Below are positions 51,226 through 62,859 of a DNA stretch of 64,000 nt, piece by piece. The translations under genes and the position numbers were made by a program. This DNA is from Callorhinchus milii (taxonomy: Eukaryota). A model generated the notes under the pieces. It worked only from the letters and a program-made list of their open reading frames with translations. It did no database searches and had not been told where the DNA came from. The stretch is from positions 99,388,001-99,452,000 of the forward strand of contig NW_024704742.1 of the NCBI RefSeq assembly GCF_018977255.1, in the 5' to 3' direction. Position 1 is the stretch's first letter. Each line of letters starts with the position of its first letter.

Positions 51226-52319
51226 ACACTGAGATTCAGATATCCTGATAGAAAAATTTGTTTAAATAATAAAATGACACCAAAAAAAACAACAGAATGC
51301 AAAGTGTAAGAAATCAACAGAGTGCGCTAGCTGGACTGGTGAGATAGCAGGAGACATTATGGATGGATGTTCCCTTTGACTGGCAAGAATATGGACATCT
51401 CAGATAGCTATCATCACAGAGAATGTGAAAGGGATGGACTAAACACAGGTTAAAGAAACTATCCTGTTCAATTTGCATTTTACTGCATTTTAATTCAAAA
51501 AAATGTAATCTTGCCTTCAGGGTTTCACCCTCATATCCACCATACACCAGGTTTTCTCTTTTCTCAAAGCAAACTGGAGCAGACTTTCAAATAATCAAAC
51601 TGACTGGTCTTATTTATCATACAGCATCAGGTTCAGGATAGACATGACTGAGGAATCTGACTCTCCAAATGTTGCTGCATTGAAGATCATGCTGGAGTCT
51701 AATTTCCAATTCTCCAATAAATCAGATTCGGTATATTTATTGTTATTGCTGATTTACCAATGTCGGAACCCGCTTCATTTGTAAGATTTATGAAATGAGA
51801 AATTACAAATTCTGAAAAACATCAAATTCCTAAAAAAAATCAGAGGGCAAAAACTATTTGTGTTTTATCGGACTTGGCCAAATTTCAGGATTTGCAATGA
51901 TCTATTTTGCAATATCACAAATAAAACAACCTTGCCAATATTTGCAAGTCAGAAGTCACCACCAGCACATCAAAGCATATTTCACTCACAAAATACACAA
52001 TCAATTCACTTTACATCATATTCTGTAAAGTGCTTTGAGACATCTCAATGAGTGATAAGTCGCTATATCAAATACAAGGATTATTATTATTATTATCAAA
52101 TGCAATTTGCGATATTCGGAAGTTATAGTGTAAAAAGGAGTAACTTTTTTTAGGCAAATACCACTATGGTCCATACTACTGTCAACTGAAGAATAACCCC
52201 CCCGTGGCTGTGTTTCTTCCAATAACCTGTCAGACACACTGGTTTAAACCTTTAGCAAGTGTATTATTATACAGGAGTAAAAATGCAATATTCCAAAACA
52301 GATTTGGATGTGGAAGGCC

Positions 52320-52490
52320 CAACTCGAGACCTTCCTCTTTGACAGTGCCTCCGGTCATATTCCCATCCCTGTATCCACTCCCACTCCCGCTACTCTCCAA
52401 CCCTCTTGACTCCAAACCCTAGCTCAGTCAGCACCTTAGGATATTCTTCCGAAGCGAAAGGCACTATATAAATGTAATTTGTTGTTGTTG
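52320..52490 (+). mobile_element. L2 3' fragment
   Basis: ctcgagaccttcctctttgac...gcaccttagg...ggcactatataaatgtaatttgttgttgtt. Confidence 0.85.
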
Positions 52491-53717
52491 TAATAATTAT
52501 CCCATCAAATCTGTTCCGAAATGTAATGTTTTCCACCCCAATTTCCATGAGTTTAACATGATAAACTTTTCAAATGCTAATTTTGTGTTCTGCATAGTAA
52601 GACCAGCATTGCAGTAGTTAAATATTGAACCATAGGAATTTGTATTAAAACAGATTTTATATATATAGTATTTTTAAATAGAAAGGAAAGCCTATTATAC
52701 AGAGGGAGCTGAAGTGGAAAACAAAGATGTGATTCTTATCGGAAGCCTAGTTGGAGTTTGCTGTTTCAAGAGCTAATGCTTCCTCTTTCTCGTTTGCAAG
52801 AAATTCTCTGATCTCTGCTCGAGCTTGAAAAAAACACCTGCTGCTAAGGAAAATGGATACTGAACCCTGACTGACTGCCAAGAACATCAGTTCACTCCCA
52901 GCAAAGGAAGGGAAAAGGGCTGCTGCGATCGATTCGACAAAACCGCTTCAAAACCAATATGACACTGACCTTCTGCCACAAAGCAATCAATGAAATGAGC
53001 AACTTCAGCAAAGACATTGCAGTTTGAGGGATTATCACACATTCGCGGTTTCAGCCCTACTTGAGATGCACTAATGCTCTAGTTGTAATTCACTAATTAT
53101 TACTGCTTCAGGCTGTGTTCTGTGTGCTCTGGGCTGTGCAATCTGTTTTTCTTTTTTTTCTGACACGTGATGCCTTTTATATTTCAGCCTTAATTTACCA
53201 ATAACAAGAGGAGCAAAAGTTTATCACGGAGCTACAGGACATTCCGTCCATGCCTAATCCTTGTTAGATTGGAGCATGGATTGATTTTCTTTGCAGATCT
53301 ACTGGCATGACAATGAATCTTCATCTTCGATCTCAGGCCCTTTTTTCACAACCTTTTGTCAGTGAAGCATTCGTTGAATGGAATAGGCATAATAGGCTGA
53401 AGTAAACAGTGTCAGCTTTTGTTATATCGTAGCTTCTTTTCATATAAGCCATATCTTGCCTGCAATTGCTTGCAGCTTCACTGCTGTTTAAAACATGTTT
53501 AGCTAATCCAAAACTTCAGCTGACACTGTAGAGAAATGACTGGTGCTGTGCTAAATTCTGATCTGTTTTAAAATTGAGCATGAAATTGCTTATCATTATT
53601 CCTTACTTTTGCAGGAGACTAAAATTCAGATTTTTCCAAATTCTGTCAAAAATTCTGCCAATGTGCAGAAACGCACTGTATTCCGCACAGGCAGCTCAAG
53701 TCTAAATGAAACATTTT

Positions 53718-53975
53718 TAATAATAATAATAATAATAATCCTTGCATTTGATATAGCGCTTTTCACGTCGGGAGGACGTCCCAAAGCGCTTCACAGAATA
53801 GACTGTAAAGTGAATTGACTGTATATTTGTGGGCGAACGCGGCAGCCAATTGCGCACAGCAATGTCCCACAAACAGTCGTAGATTGAAAATGACCAATTT
53901 TATTATTGTTTTTGGTTTTGGAGGGATTATTATTAGGCGTGTGGAGTAAGGAAACTTGCCCAAGGTTTCGCCCTG
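53718..53975 (-). mobile_element. Young SINE, short variant, 5'-truncated
   Basis: About 95% identical by eye to 37076-37346. Confidence 0.95.
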
Positions 53976-54959
53976 TGCCTGGGTCTCCTATTACAATGTA
54001 ACTTTCCAAATGTAACCATTTTAAATGTGAATTTAGCATTGGAGAGTTGAAAAGGAATGTGTTAAGGACCATTCAAATAATCTTTTGTTAATTTTAAATA
54101 CCCTTTTATTGGATGAAAGTCAATGGGTAAAAAAAATGTTTCATCTGAATTAGATTTTAGAAAAAAAATACTATTTTGCCGATTTTATTCAGAGTGCGTA
54201 CTTCTGTGTACAGATGGCAAAGCTCGACTCGCCACTGCACTGCCAGTGCTGGGAATGCACAATAGATGAACAGGATCCAGGAATGCATGTGAATCGCAAT
54301 GTGTAAGAACAACAACTTCGATTTAGAGAGCACCATTCATGCAATGCAGTGTCCCAAAGCGCTTCACAGTGGCGAAGTCTGACAACAAGCCAGGGGGAGA
54401 GGGAGGGGCAGGAGTGTACACATTCTTGGAACAGGCAATGCAGCGAGGCGGGTTTCAGAATGTGCCCCTTGGGACGTCATCCTGACCTAAAAGTTGATCC
54501 TTACAATCCTTGCATTTGACATAGCATCTTATCACATTGTCAAAAGTCTCCAAGCGCTTCACTGAATTTTACTGTAAAGTGGAGTGACTGAATTTGTCAA
54601 CAAATAATATTTTGTTAATGCTGTATATGGATTGATTTTTTGAGTTGAATTTCCAAATTAAATCCCCAAATTCACCAAAATTTCCCCTCATGTTTCCATG
54701 TTGATTTTCTCTCATTATTTGGACAAAAAAAACACAGCCTGGCCAAAACTGAAAAAGCTGTGTTTTTATTTTGTGGATAAAAAATGACTTTTATTGTCTT
54801 TGGGAATGAAGCAACATGGAATATAACAGGTAAAAAATAATACTGGGAAACAATGAGTGCAAATGTTTAAGATTTGGTTCAACAATTCAATTTTATGGAC
54901 GGAAATTGCTAATTGCGTTAACTCAATTCAGAAAGCAGGCCATAAATCTATCTCAGTCC

Positions 54960-55190
54960 TGTCATCTTTGTTCCCCTCTCCCCTCATCTGTCTGACTAGT
55001 CCTGTCTGCTTTACTGCATATTGACGGGGAGCAGGAACTAAGCTTGGCTTTGTTTTCCAATCCAAACCCAGGGTCACTGAGGCCAATTGTCACTCCCCTG
55101 CTGCTGTACTGGTTCAGACTGCCTAGCACAGCACAAACCACAACTGGTCCTTGTTGTTTAGCCACACACTACAAGGTGTGGTGTGCTGAA
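54960..55190 (-). mobile_element. AmnSINE2-like SINE
   Basis: cccagggtcactgaggccaattgtcactcccc...gcacagcacaaacc. Confidence 0.55.
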
Positions 55191-55704
55191 ATTCCTGGTG
55201 TGAGACAATCAATTAGCATTTGTTGTTTTAAAGTATTGCCAGAATATATCCTGGTGATCATGAACAAGAGCTATTGGTTTGAAGTAACTCAACCCATCCT
55301 CTTTTTTTCCAGGCCTCACATATCTTGATGCTAATCTAATTGTTTTTTTACTGCAAAAATATGTCCAACAGTCATCTGTAGCATAATAGGAGATAATAAC
55401 ATATTGTCTCTAATCTGGTAAATATTTTATGGATGTGACTAAAGGTCTGGATTTGAGGTCCAAGCAGAGCAGAGGTCATTGTTCAGACAATCTGCGACAG
55501 AAGATTAGGTTAGTGACATTATCACATGCTGAATTAATCTTTGGAGACTTGGAATGCATACACGTAAAAGCAAGCAGCAAGTGAGGTTGGGAAACGGGAC
55601 TACAGGACTACCTACTAATGTGACTTTAGGGCTGATAATTAAGCTTAAAAAAAACGCCACTGAAATCTAAATCTCAATTTGTGATTCAGAAAGTCACTGG
55701 AGTT

Positions 55705-55752
55705 TTTCACCACATTAAGCTTTACATTCTTCACCACATTAAGCTTTACATT
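55705..55752. repeat. 24-bp tandem duplication
   Basis: ttcaccacattaagctttacatt at 55706-55728 and 55730-55752. Confidence 0.95.
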
Positions 55753-56107
55753 AAACAGTTGAGGGTATGTTTGAGCTTCACTCAACAATGCCCTGAAGCT
55801 GGCTTTATCACGCTACTGTAAGAGGTACGTGTGTCACCTGATTAGTTCTGATCCAGGTGAGATAAGGTTGTACAGTACTATTTCAGTTCATTTTAGATTG
55901 GTTCATATGTCAAGTTCAATAAGTGATATTGGATTTAAATAAAACTGGCTACTTGCTTTATGGATGTTTGGAGGACATTGCTGTGTGCAAATTGGCTAAC
56001 AAAATACAGTCACTACACCTTACAGTTTATCCTGTGAAGCGTTTTGAGACTTCCTCCCAGCATGGAAGATGCTATATCAAAAGTGAGGATTATTATTATT
56101 TTATTAT

Positions 56108-56194
56108 TTGTGTGTGTGTGCTTGTAAGTGTTTACATGTGTGTGTGCATTTATGTGTGTACGTGTGTTTATGTGTGTACGTATGTGTATGTGTG
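56108..56194. repeat. Degenerate (TG)n microsatellite
   Basis: tgtgtgtgtgtg..catgtgtgtgtg..tacgtgtg, directly after a SINE tail. Confidence 0.85.
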
Positions 56195-56539
56195 AATAAG
56201 CCAATTGAAGAATGGATTTAGGTCAAATGGGTTGTACTGTTTAGGATATCTTTATTAATGCACACCTCTATGGGTATATACATTGCATTTTATAAAAAAT
56301 CTCCAGCGTACTTATTGACAAGTTTGCTGCTCCATAGCTGTTGAGGGATTAACAGATTTGGCTAGGACTGATGTTTTAATTTTTCACGTTTGGAGCCTGC
56401 TGCGTTGTGTGTTTGATCCAAGTTTCCTTGGCAACTGCAACTGCTTTTGCCCTATTACTGATGCTTCTAATGATTTTTTTTCTCTCATAAAACAGATTAA
56501 CAAAAGAAGTGTAAGGTAAACAGAACATGGGGTAGAAAA

Positions 56540-56890
56540 CAGCTAGAGAGAGGATAGAGATCAAGTTACTTGTTCCTGATCCCTGTCCTGAGGGTTCCAG
56601 CTGGAGGTATAGAATTGTTTTGTGTGGATGTTGGAGTTGGGGGCAATAGGATTGAGCTGTGTTCTGATTTCCGCCTCCATCCTACCTTCCTTCCTTCCCC
56701 CCCTCCCCCATCGCCGTCCCCATTCCCACATAGTCAACTAACCTGCTCAAGTTGATTCTCAAATGTCGTGCATGAATAAGTGCTTTCAGTATAAAACCCT
56801 TATAGGGTGCCCAGAGCTCTGGGTAAACTGCACCCCTATAGAGGGAAAAAATGAGTCAAATGCTTTCAGGAATAGAAGGGGGAGAAAATT
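56540..56890 (+). mobile_element. AmnSINE2-like SINE 3' two-thirds
   Basis: ttcctgatc..ccagctgga..tgtgtggatgttgg..aggattgagct..gagtcaaatgctttcaggaatagaagggggagaaaatt. Confidence 0.55.
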
Positions 56891-57634
56891 AGTGAGACAG
56901 AAATAAAAAGAAATGCAGCTGCCCTTTTGTATTCGACTGGGGAAAGGGGAATGAAAAGGTCTGGCATTACCAGTAGGCTCACAGATTCAAACCATACGAT
57001 GGACAGGAAATTATTAAGGATTTATCTTCTGAAGTGCCAGGAAAATCTCTGTCCTTTTTCCGCCAGACAGGAATGTGGATTTTGTGCCAGTTTGAATTAT
57101 GTACTCCACGTTTATTTGGGCAGAAATGCTTTTTTTCCTGCACAATATTGAAATCCACTAATGTAGCCAATTATTAGAGCTTGGTCCAGCCTAATAGGGA
57201 GTTGGATTTATCATCCATTATAACTGAATTGTTCCACTACACGTGGAGCTTAGACATAACAATAATAGGCTTAAACATCTCACAGTCTCTGGTGGTGAGT
57301 TCTTACATATTTCCTGGGTTCGGAGAGCCCAAATATGGTATTAAAGAAAATGATTGTAAGATTTTTCACTGACATTGTTTAGTCTAACATCCTACATTTT
57401 CCACTGAACATTTAACCTGATCTTGTAACTTGTAAGTCACTACATTAAGCTGAGATAAGCAGCTACTCCAATGGGCTAAAGGTTGAAGACACCACCTTGT
57501 ATAGTAAGTACTAGGTAATACAGATTAGTTTCAGAGCAGGTCTCAGCCTAGCTAACCTGGTAGCACTCTCACCTGTGGGTCAGAAGGTCGTGGTTTCAAG
57601 CCCTGGCTGTGTCAGGGACTTTGAGATGTCATGT

Positions 57635-58125
57635 GAAGGCCGGATCAGGTTAAACTGCGATCGCTGCCCTCTCCCATAAGACCAAATAGCTTGCCAACAT
57701 TCACTGTCAAGAGAGACACATGCATAAGGGCCACTTGCGTGAGATGCTACTGATAGTAATAATAATAATAATCCTTGCATTTGACGTTGTGCCTTATCAC
57801 AACGGTGGGACATCTCAAAGTGCTTCACAGAATATACTGTATATTTTATTGGCGAATCATGCTTGCATTTGATAACTGCCATATCACATCGTCGAGACAT
57901 CTCAAAGTTCTTCACAGGATTGCACTGTAAAGTGTAGTGACTGTTTGTAGGTGCAGATGACAGCAAATTTGTGCATAGCAATGCCTCACAAACAATCATG
58001 CAGTGAATAATCTATTTTAACCAGGAGATTGTTGGCCAGGATATCAGGAGAAATTCTCTCTCTTTTCTAATAGTGCCGCAGGATCTTTAATGTCCACCTG
58101 AACAGGCAGACAGACCTTGGTTTAA
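57635..58125. mobile_element. AmnSINE2-like piece (+), SINE tail (-) and Deu-like SINE (-)
   Basis: 57635-57750 aatagcttgccaacattcactgtc..ggccacttg; 57755-57850 inverted tail; 57860-58125 ttaaaccaaggtctgtctgcctgttcaggtggacattaaagatcc on the minus strand. Confidence 0.7.
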
Positions 58126-58689
58126 GGATGGATATGTTTAGGAGAAATGAGAAAATTAGAAGGTTGGCATGTAAATAATAAACCAAGACAAACATGCCAA
58201 CTTAAGAAGAAACAACAGACTTAATGTTTCATTAAATGTTAATTCTGCTCCCTTTTTGCTTCTGCCAACATAATAACTTGAGAATATTGAAGGATATGTA
58301 TGCGTTACAAGGCAATAATCAAATCAAGAGCCTTAGATGACAAGAGAAAGCTCACAGAATATGTGGCACATGATGCAGAACAGAGTTTGACCCCCACAGA
58401 ATATTCTTTTCCTGCAGATGGTGAAAGAAATTCAGCGTTTTCTATAGAACGTTGTACTCATGCACATTTGGATTGCAGTGTTTCGGAAAATATTTCATCC
58501 TGTATTTTATCTGTGTACATGCGTCACTTTGCATTACTTGACATTTTGTTTTGTGCTAACCTCTTTTCATCAGCACTCGCCTGAGGCCCCACTTTTAATT
58601 TGCTAAGTATAACGTATATCGGATTCCCTGCACATCTTCCCCAAGGGGAACTGAGACCTTAAATTGCAGCTCACTGTGCCACAAGCAAA

Positions 58690-58975
58690 CTGAAGGGTCA
58701 AAGACTGAATTAATGCCTCTCTCATTCAACTCAGTGTTTATTCACGGTGTTTACATTCGCTGCTGAATCTGAACCTGGTTGGAATCACTGGATGGCATTC
58801 TATTCATCCCTTATACTTTCCGTCCTCTCGCAAACAGTTAGGTGGTTAATCCGTCACCTGCAATTATTAATCACGAAGAAGATGTCCTCATTAACGGATT
58901 AAATGACTGCAATTTGGGCAGAATTAATCATTTCACCATCTTACATTTGTTCCAAATACTTGAATTTATGAGTAA
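58690..58975. promoter_or_regulatory. Candidate enhancer with paired TAATCC sites
   Basis: ttaatccgt (58846) and acggattaa (58894) in inverted orientation, plus two attaatca sites. Confidence 0.35.
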
Positions 58976-59334
58976 TCGTGCTCTACAAGCGTTGGAAAAT
59001 TCCTGATAGCACTATCGAAGGCAAACATTGTCTAAATGATCGGAAACAGCAATCAGTTAAGAATAGAAACCTGTCACCCAGCCTTGATTCAGCATGTCCT
59101 GCACGTCCCCTGCATAGTAATGAGGGAAGCAGCATTTGTTTGATGTGGATGCTGCCAGGAAACCAAGGCACAATAGATTGCTGTTCCCAAATCCATTTAG
59201 GGATCTGCTGAGAACAGGCAGGTAGGAGGTAGACACCAACCTAGATAAAAAAAACCTCTGTGTCCACTACCATCATCAACAGCTGAATTAAACTTACATT
59301 TATTATACCTGGCATCTGATCACTTTGAAACGTT

Positions 59335-60040
59335 CTGAGGTACTTTACAGAATTAATGTCAAGTGTAGTGACTATTTCTGGAGGCAAATGCAGCAGGTAT
59401 TTTGATCGCAGCAAGTTCCAACACACAGTTGCTAATTAAATGATCAATTTGTCCAGAGGATTGTTGGCCAAGACAATGAGCAAAACTCCCTTCTCCTTTC
59501 AAATAGTGACATGGTAATCTTTAATGTCCATCTGCAGAACAGGCAAGTAGGTCCTCAATTTAACATCCCACCTGATAAGGTTCCCGGCTGGGAACTGCAT
59601 GAGAGTGTCAGCCTAGATGCCAACCTCAATCCTGGATTTTTTTTAGGTCAGCCAGATGTTTGACACATGTGTGGAAACCCATGCTTAAAAGTGTCTAAAC
59701 CAGATCAATGAATCAACCCCACATCTGGATGTAGGGCTTGAACTGCAGAACCAAGAACTCGGCATGCTATTTCCAGATGAGATATTAAACCGCGGCCCTG
59801 TCTACCTGTTCAGCTAGGGAAATTCTCCCTGTTTCCTAGCCAGCAACTCCCCCAAAATATTTCATTTACTTCAGAACTGTTTGTGGGGTATTGTTGTGTG
59901 CAAATCGGCTGCCACGTTCGTCTATAAATACACATTCACTGTACTTTAGAGTAAAAATCCTGTGAAGCGCTTCGAAATGTCTCAATTATGTAATAAGGCC
60001 TTATATCAAAATATGAGGGTTATCATCATTATTATTTATT
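59335..60040. mobile_element. Two Deu-like SINEs in divergent orientation (59335-59620 -, 59770-60040 +)
   Basis: Each has the gatg/atattaaa..g.cc..ctg domain and the shared tail, in opposite orientations. Confidence 0.7.
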
Positions 60041-62604
60041 ACACAATAAAGCTAAGCTAAGATCACCTCAAACCTATTCTAACTGCTTTGGAAGAAAATA
60101 TAATTGCCCTCAATACATAAAAATGACCAGTGTGGGACACTCTGTCCTCAATGTGGCATATTTATGTCAGAAGCAAAGGCTAATAATGTTAAATGTCTTA
60201 TAAACGCATGCACCTGCACTTTGAATGTAGCTTCTAACACAGGCTCATTGCAGTAATTACTTACTCAAAAGCACAAGGCAACTAACTGTCAGTTCATTTG
60301 AAAGGGAAAGGTTATAGTGAGGACTATTTAGAGGACAAAAAGCTCTCCTTCTGAAACATAAGTCTGGTTATAGACTGCTTCTGAACTATGTGATATTACT
60401 GGTACACGCTGGAAAAAACAGGTTTCAGCAATTTCATTAAGGCAGCCCTGACCACTGCAATTAACACAATTGCAACCTGGGGGTCAGAGGCTCCCACTGT
60501 TAAATCCCCATTCAAAAACATTCAACCGTATGTCTGTGTGTGTTTATTTTGGGGCTGACAGTTCAGTTAAGTTGCAATCTAATATTAACCCACCAAGTAC
60601 TGAATGTCCTTTTACATCAGTCAAAATACCCTCTGGTCTCCTGTCATGCAACATCAGCAAAGACATGCACCTATCAATTATTAAAATTAAACCTTGTGAA
60701 CGGAAATTGGAAAATGTGCAAAGCCTCAGAACTTTTCCCATCTCCAGCAACATAAACAAAAATAGTGTTGGACCTTGGTTATTTTTGGTTTGGTCTGTTA
60801 AAAGCATATACCCGCACCCAGTACATTTCTGGCTTCTGGCAATGACTGGCCATCTTTCTGCGCATAGCACACAGGCACAGAAGGCTTCCCCTCTTCTATT
60901 CTAGCAACCACTGGAAATGCTCACGAGAACAATTGCCAGCTTCCTTTGCACTCTGTGAAATGGTATCAGTAGTGACGCAATGACCCGGAAATACCAAACC
61001 ATTGACCATTTTTCTATAGTGTTCCATTATAACACGGGGTCTGATTTTAAGGACCCAAATCATCGCAACATAATAACTGTATTGTACTTTCCAAGAGCTC
61101 TGTCACCTTGAACACTTATGCAAGGATCATTATTATTATTATTTATTTAGAATAGGATGGGGGAAATCACAGCCCAGCCTGCTCATATCCTTGCCCGACA
61201 TCCCTGTGAACACTAATAGTCTCAAGCTGTCGGTCTTGATCACTGAAGCTATTTGTAAATTGTAGATAAATAAATTAATAATGTAATACATTACCCTGGA
61301 GGGACTACTTAACATATTAATGTGTGGTTCCATGCCTCTTTATGTCTTCTGATACTTGTGGGAGCACTTTTCCAGAGTAATAAAGACGCCTTATGTGTTG
61401 TCCTAAATGGGATTTTAAGGTTAATGTTAGGTTTATAAAGGCTGCACATGAAAGAAATGCATGTGAGTGGCACAGATTCGGGTGGGTATTCTGGAAGGAT
61501 TTGATCAAATGGGCAGAAGGGCCTTCTTCATCCAAACCTCCCGAGTGATCTTGTCAAATAAGTCCGTATAAAGAAATGATCAAATCTATTCTTCTGGGAT
61601 GAGGCCAGCAAATCTCCAGAAGTCAGATTATGTGGGCAAGCATTTTTCTCTTTAAGATGCCATTAAAGTCTAATATGCGGTAATTTCTAATGGGATCTCT
61701 TAATTAAAGAATCAGAGCAGGAATTCATCGTATCCAATGTATGTCACACAGACCCACAGGAACTCCTGCTATGAAAGAGGGCGACATTGGTGGGAACTTC
61801 CTGCTTTCCATGTTAAAGAATTCCATTGGAAATTTTCACCTGATAGATCCTGTTGTAAAATGTCCGTTCTGAATATAACTTTCTTCAAAAAGCAGGATAG
61901 CTTCACCCCTTCAACGAGAGCTCAATCCTTGTCCAGTCAGTCAAGGTTTTGAAACAAAAAGCTATTTGGTGGTCACTATACATAGAATTACCCAGCTATA
62001 AAATGAGACTACGTGGAAACATGCCATTCAGCACAACTAGTCCATGCCGGTGTTCTTATTCCTTACCAGCCCCCACACCTCCTGTTCTATATGTGGATAA
62101 CTTCTGTGATTTATCCGTCTCATGGGTTTTCTAACAAGTTCCAGAGCCCGTTCCAGAAGTAAAGAGAATTGAACCTGTTCACTTATCACTTATTAATATA
62201 AAATCATTTCTCCACATTATCGAAATAGATTTGATTCACTTAGGTGTGTCATTAAGGTAGACCACCAAGTTATAGATGGGTTACAAGCTATTCTCCTCTA
62301 ATGGCTGAATAATGAACAGATGAGCGCTGAGATAAGGTGTATTTATTAAGCTTGTAATAGCCATAATAATTAGCTTATTCATTATAACTATAATGAGTTT
62401 AGTGAATTTAACATAACTCAGCAACGACACATAAATACTCATTAGCCCCAAACAAGATTTGCACCAGTAAGTAAATTTCATCTAATCCATTGCATTACTA
62501 TCATCTTAATAATAATTTGATTTTGAAGAGTATCAAAATACTTTTTAAGATGTAATGGGAATACTGTAATATTCTCCTCAGACAATCATACTCCTTTACA
62601 TAGC

Positions 62605-62710
62605 CTAACACTCACACAGCCTGCTACTCACTCACTCGCTCATTAAATGCTTACTTACTCACGCACATTCACACACCCTCACATGCATTCACTCACTCAC
62701 CACCTTCACA
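62605..62710. repeat. Degenerate (CACT)n simple repeat
   Basis: actcactcactcgctcatt..actcacgcacattcacac..actcactcac. Confidence 0.7.
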
Positions 62711-62859
62711 CGTGTTCAGTGACACCTCTGGCCAAGGATGGGGGAGAAAATCAGTCAGAGTTCCCGTTGTTCATCACTATCCCGTAACCTCTGTTAGATT
62801 GTGTACATGTAAGGATGGAACTTGTAATTTTCTTTCCACTGGCTAGACTCACACAGCAA

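Noticed and set aside
56798..56843. Hairpin with palindrome cccagagctctggg
   Set aside because: It falls inside a diverged AmnSINE2-like copy, with no independent support for function.
61015..61087. Tigger-like mini-MITE (tatagtgttccattataacacgg...ataactgtattgta)
   Set aside because: Inverted ends too degenerate and only one copy seen.
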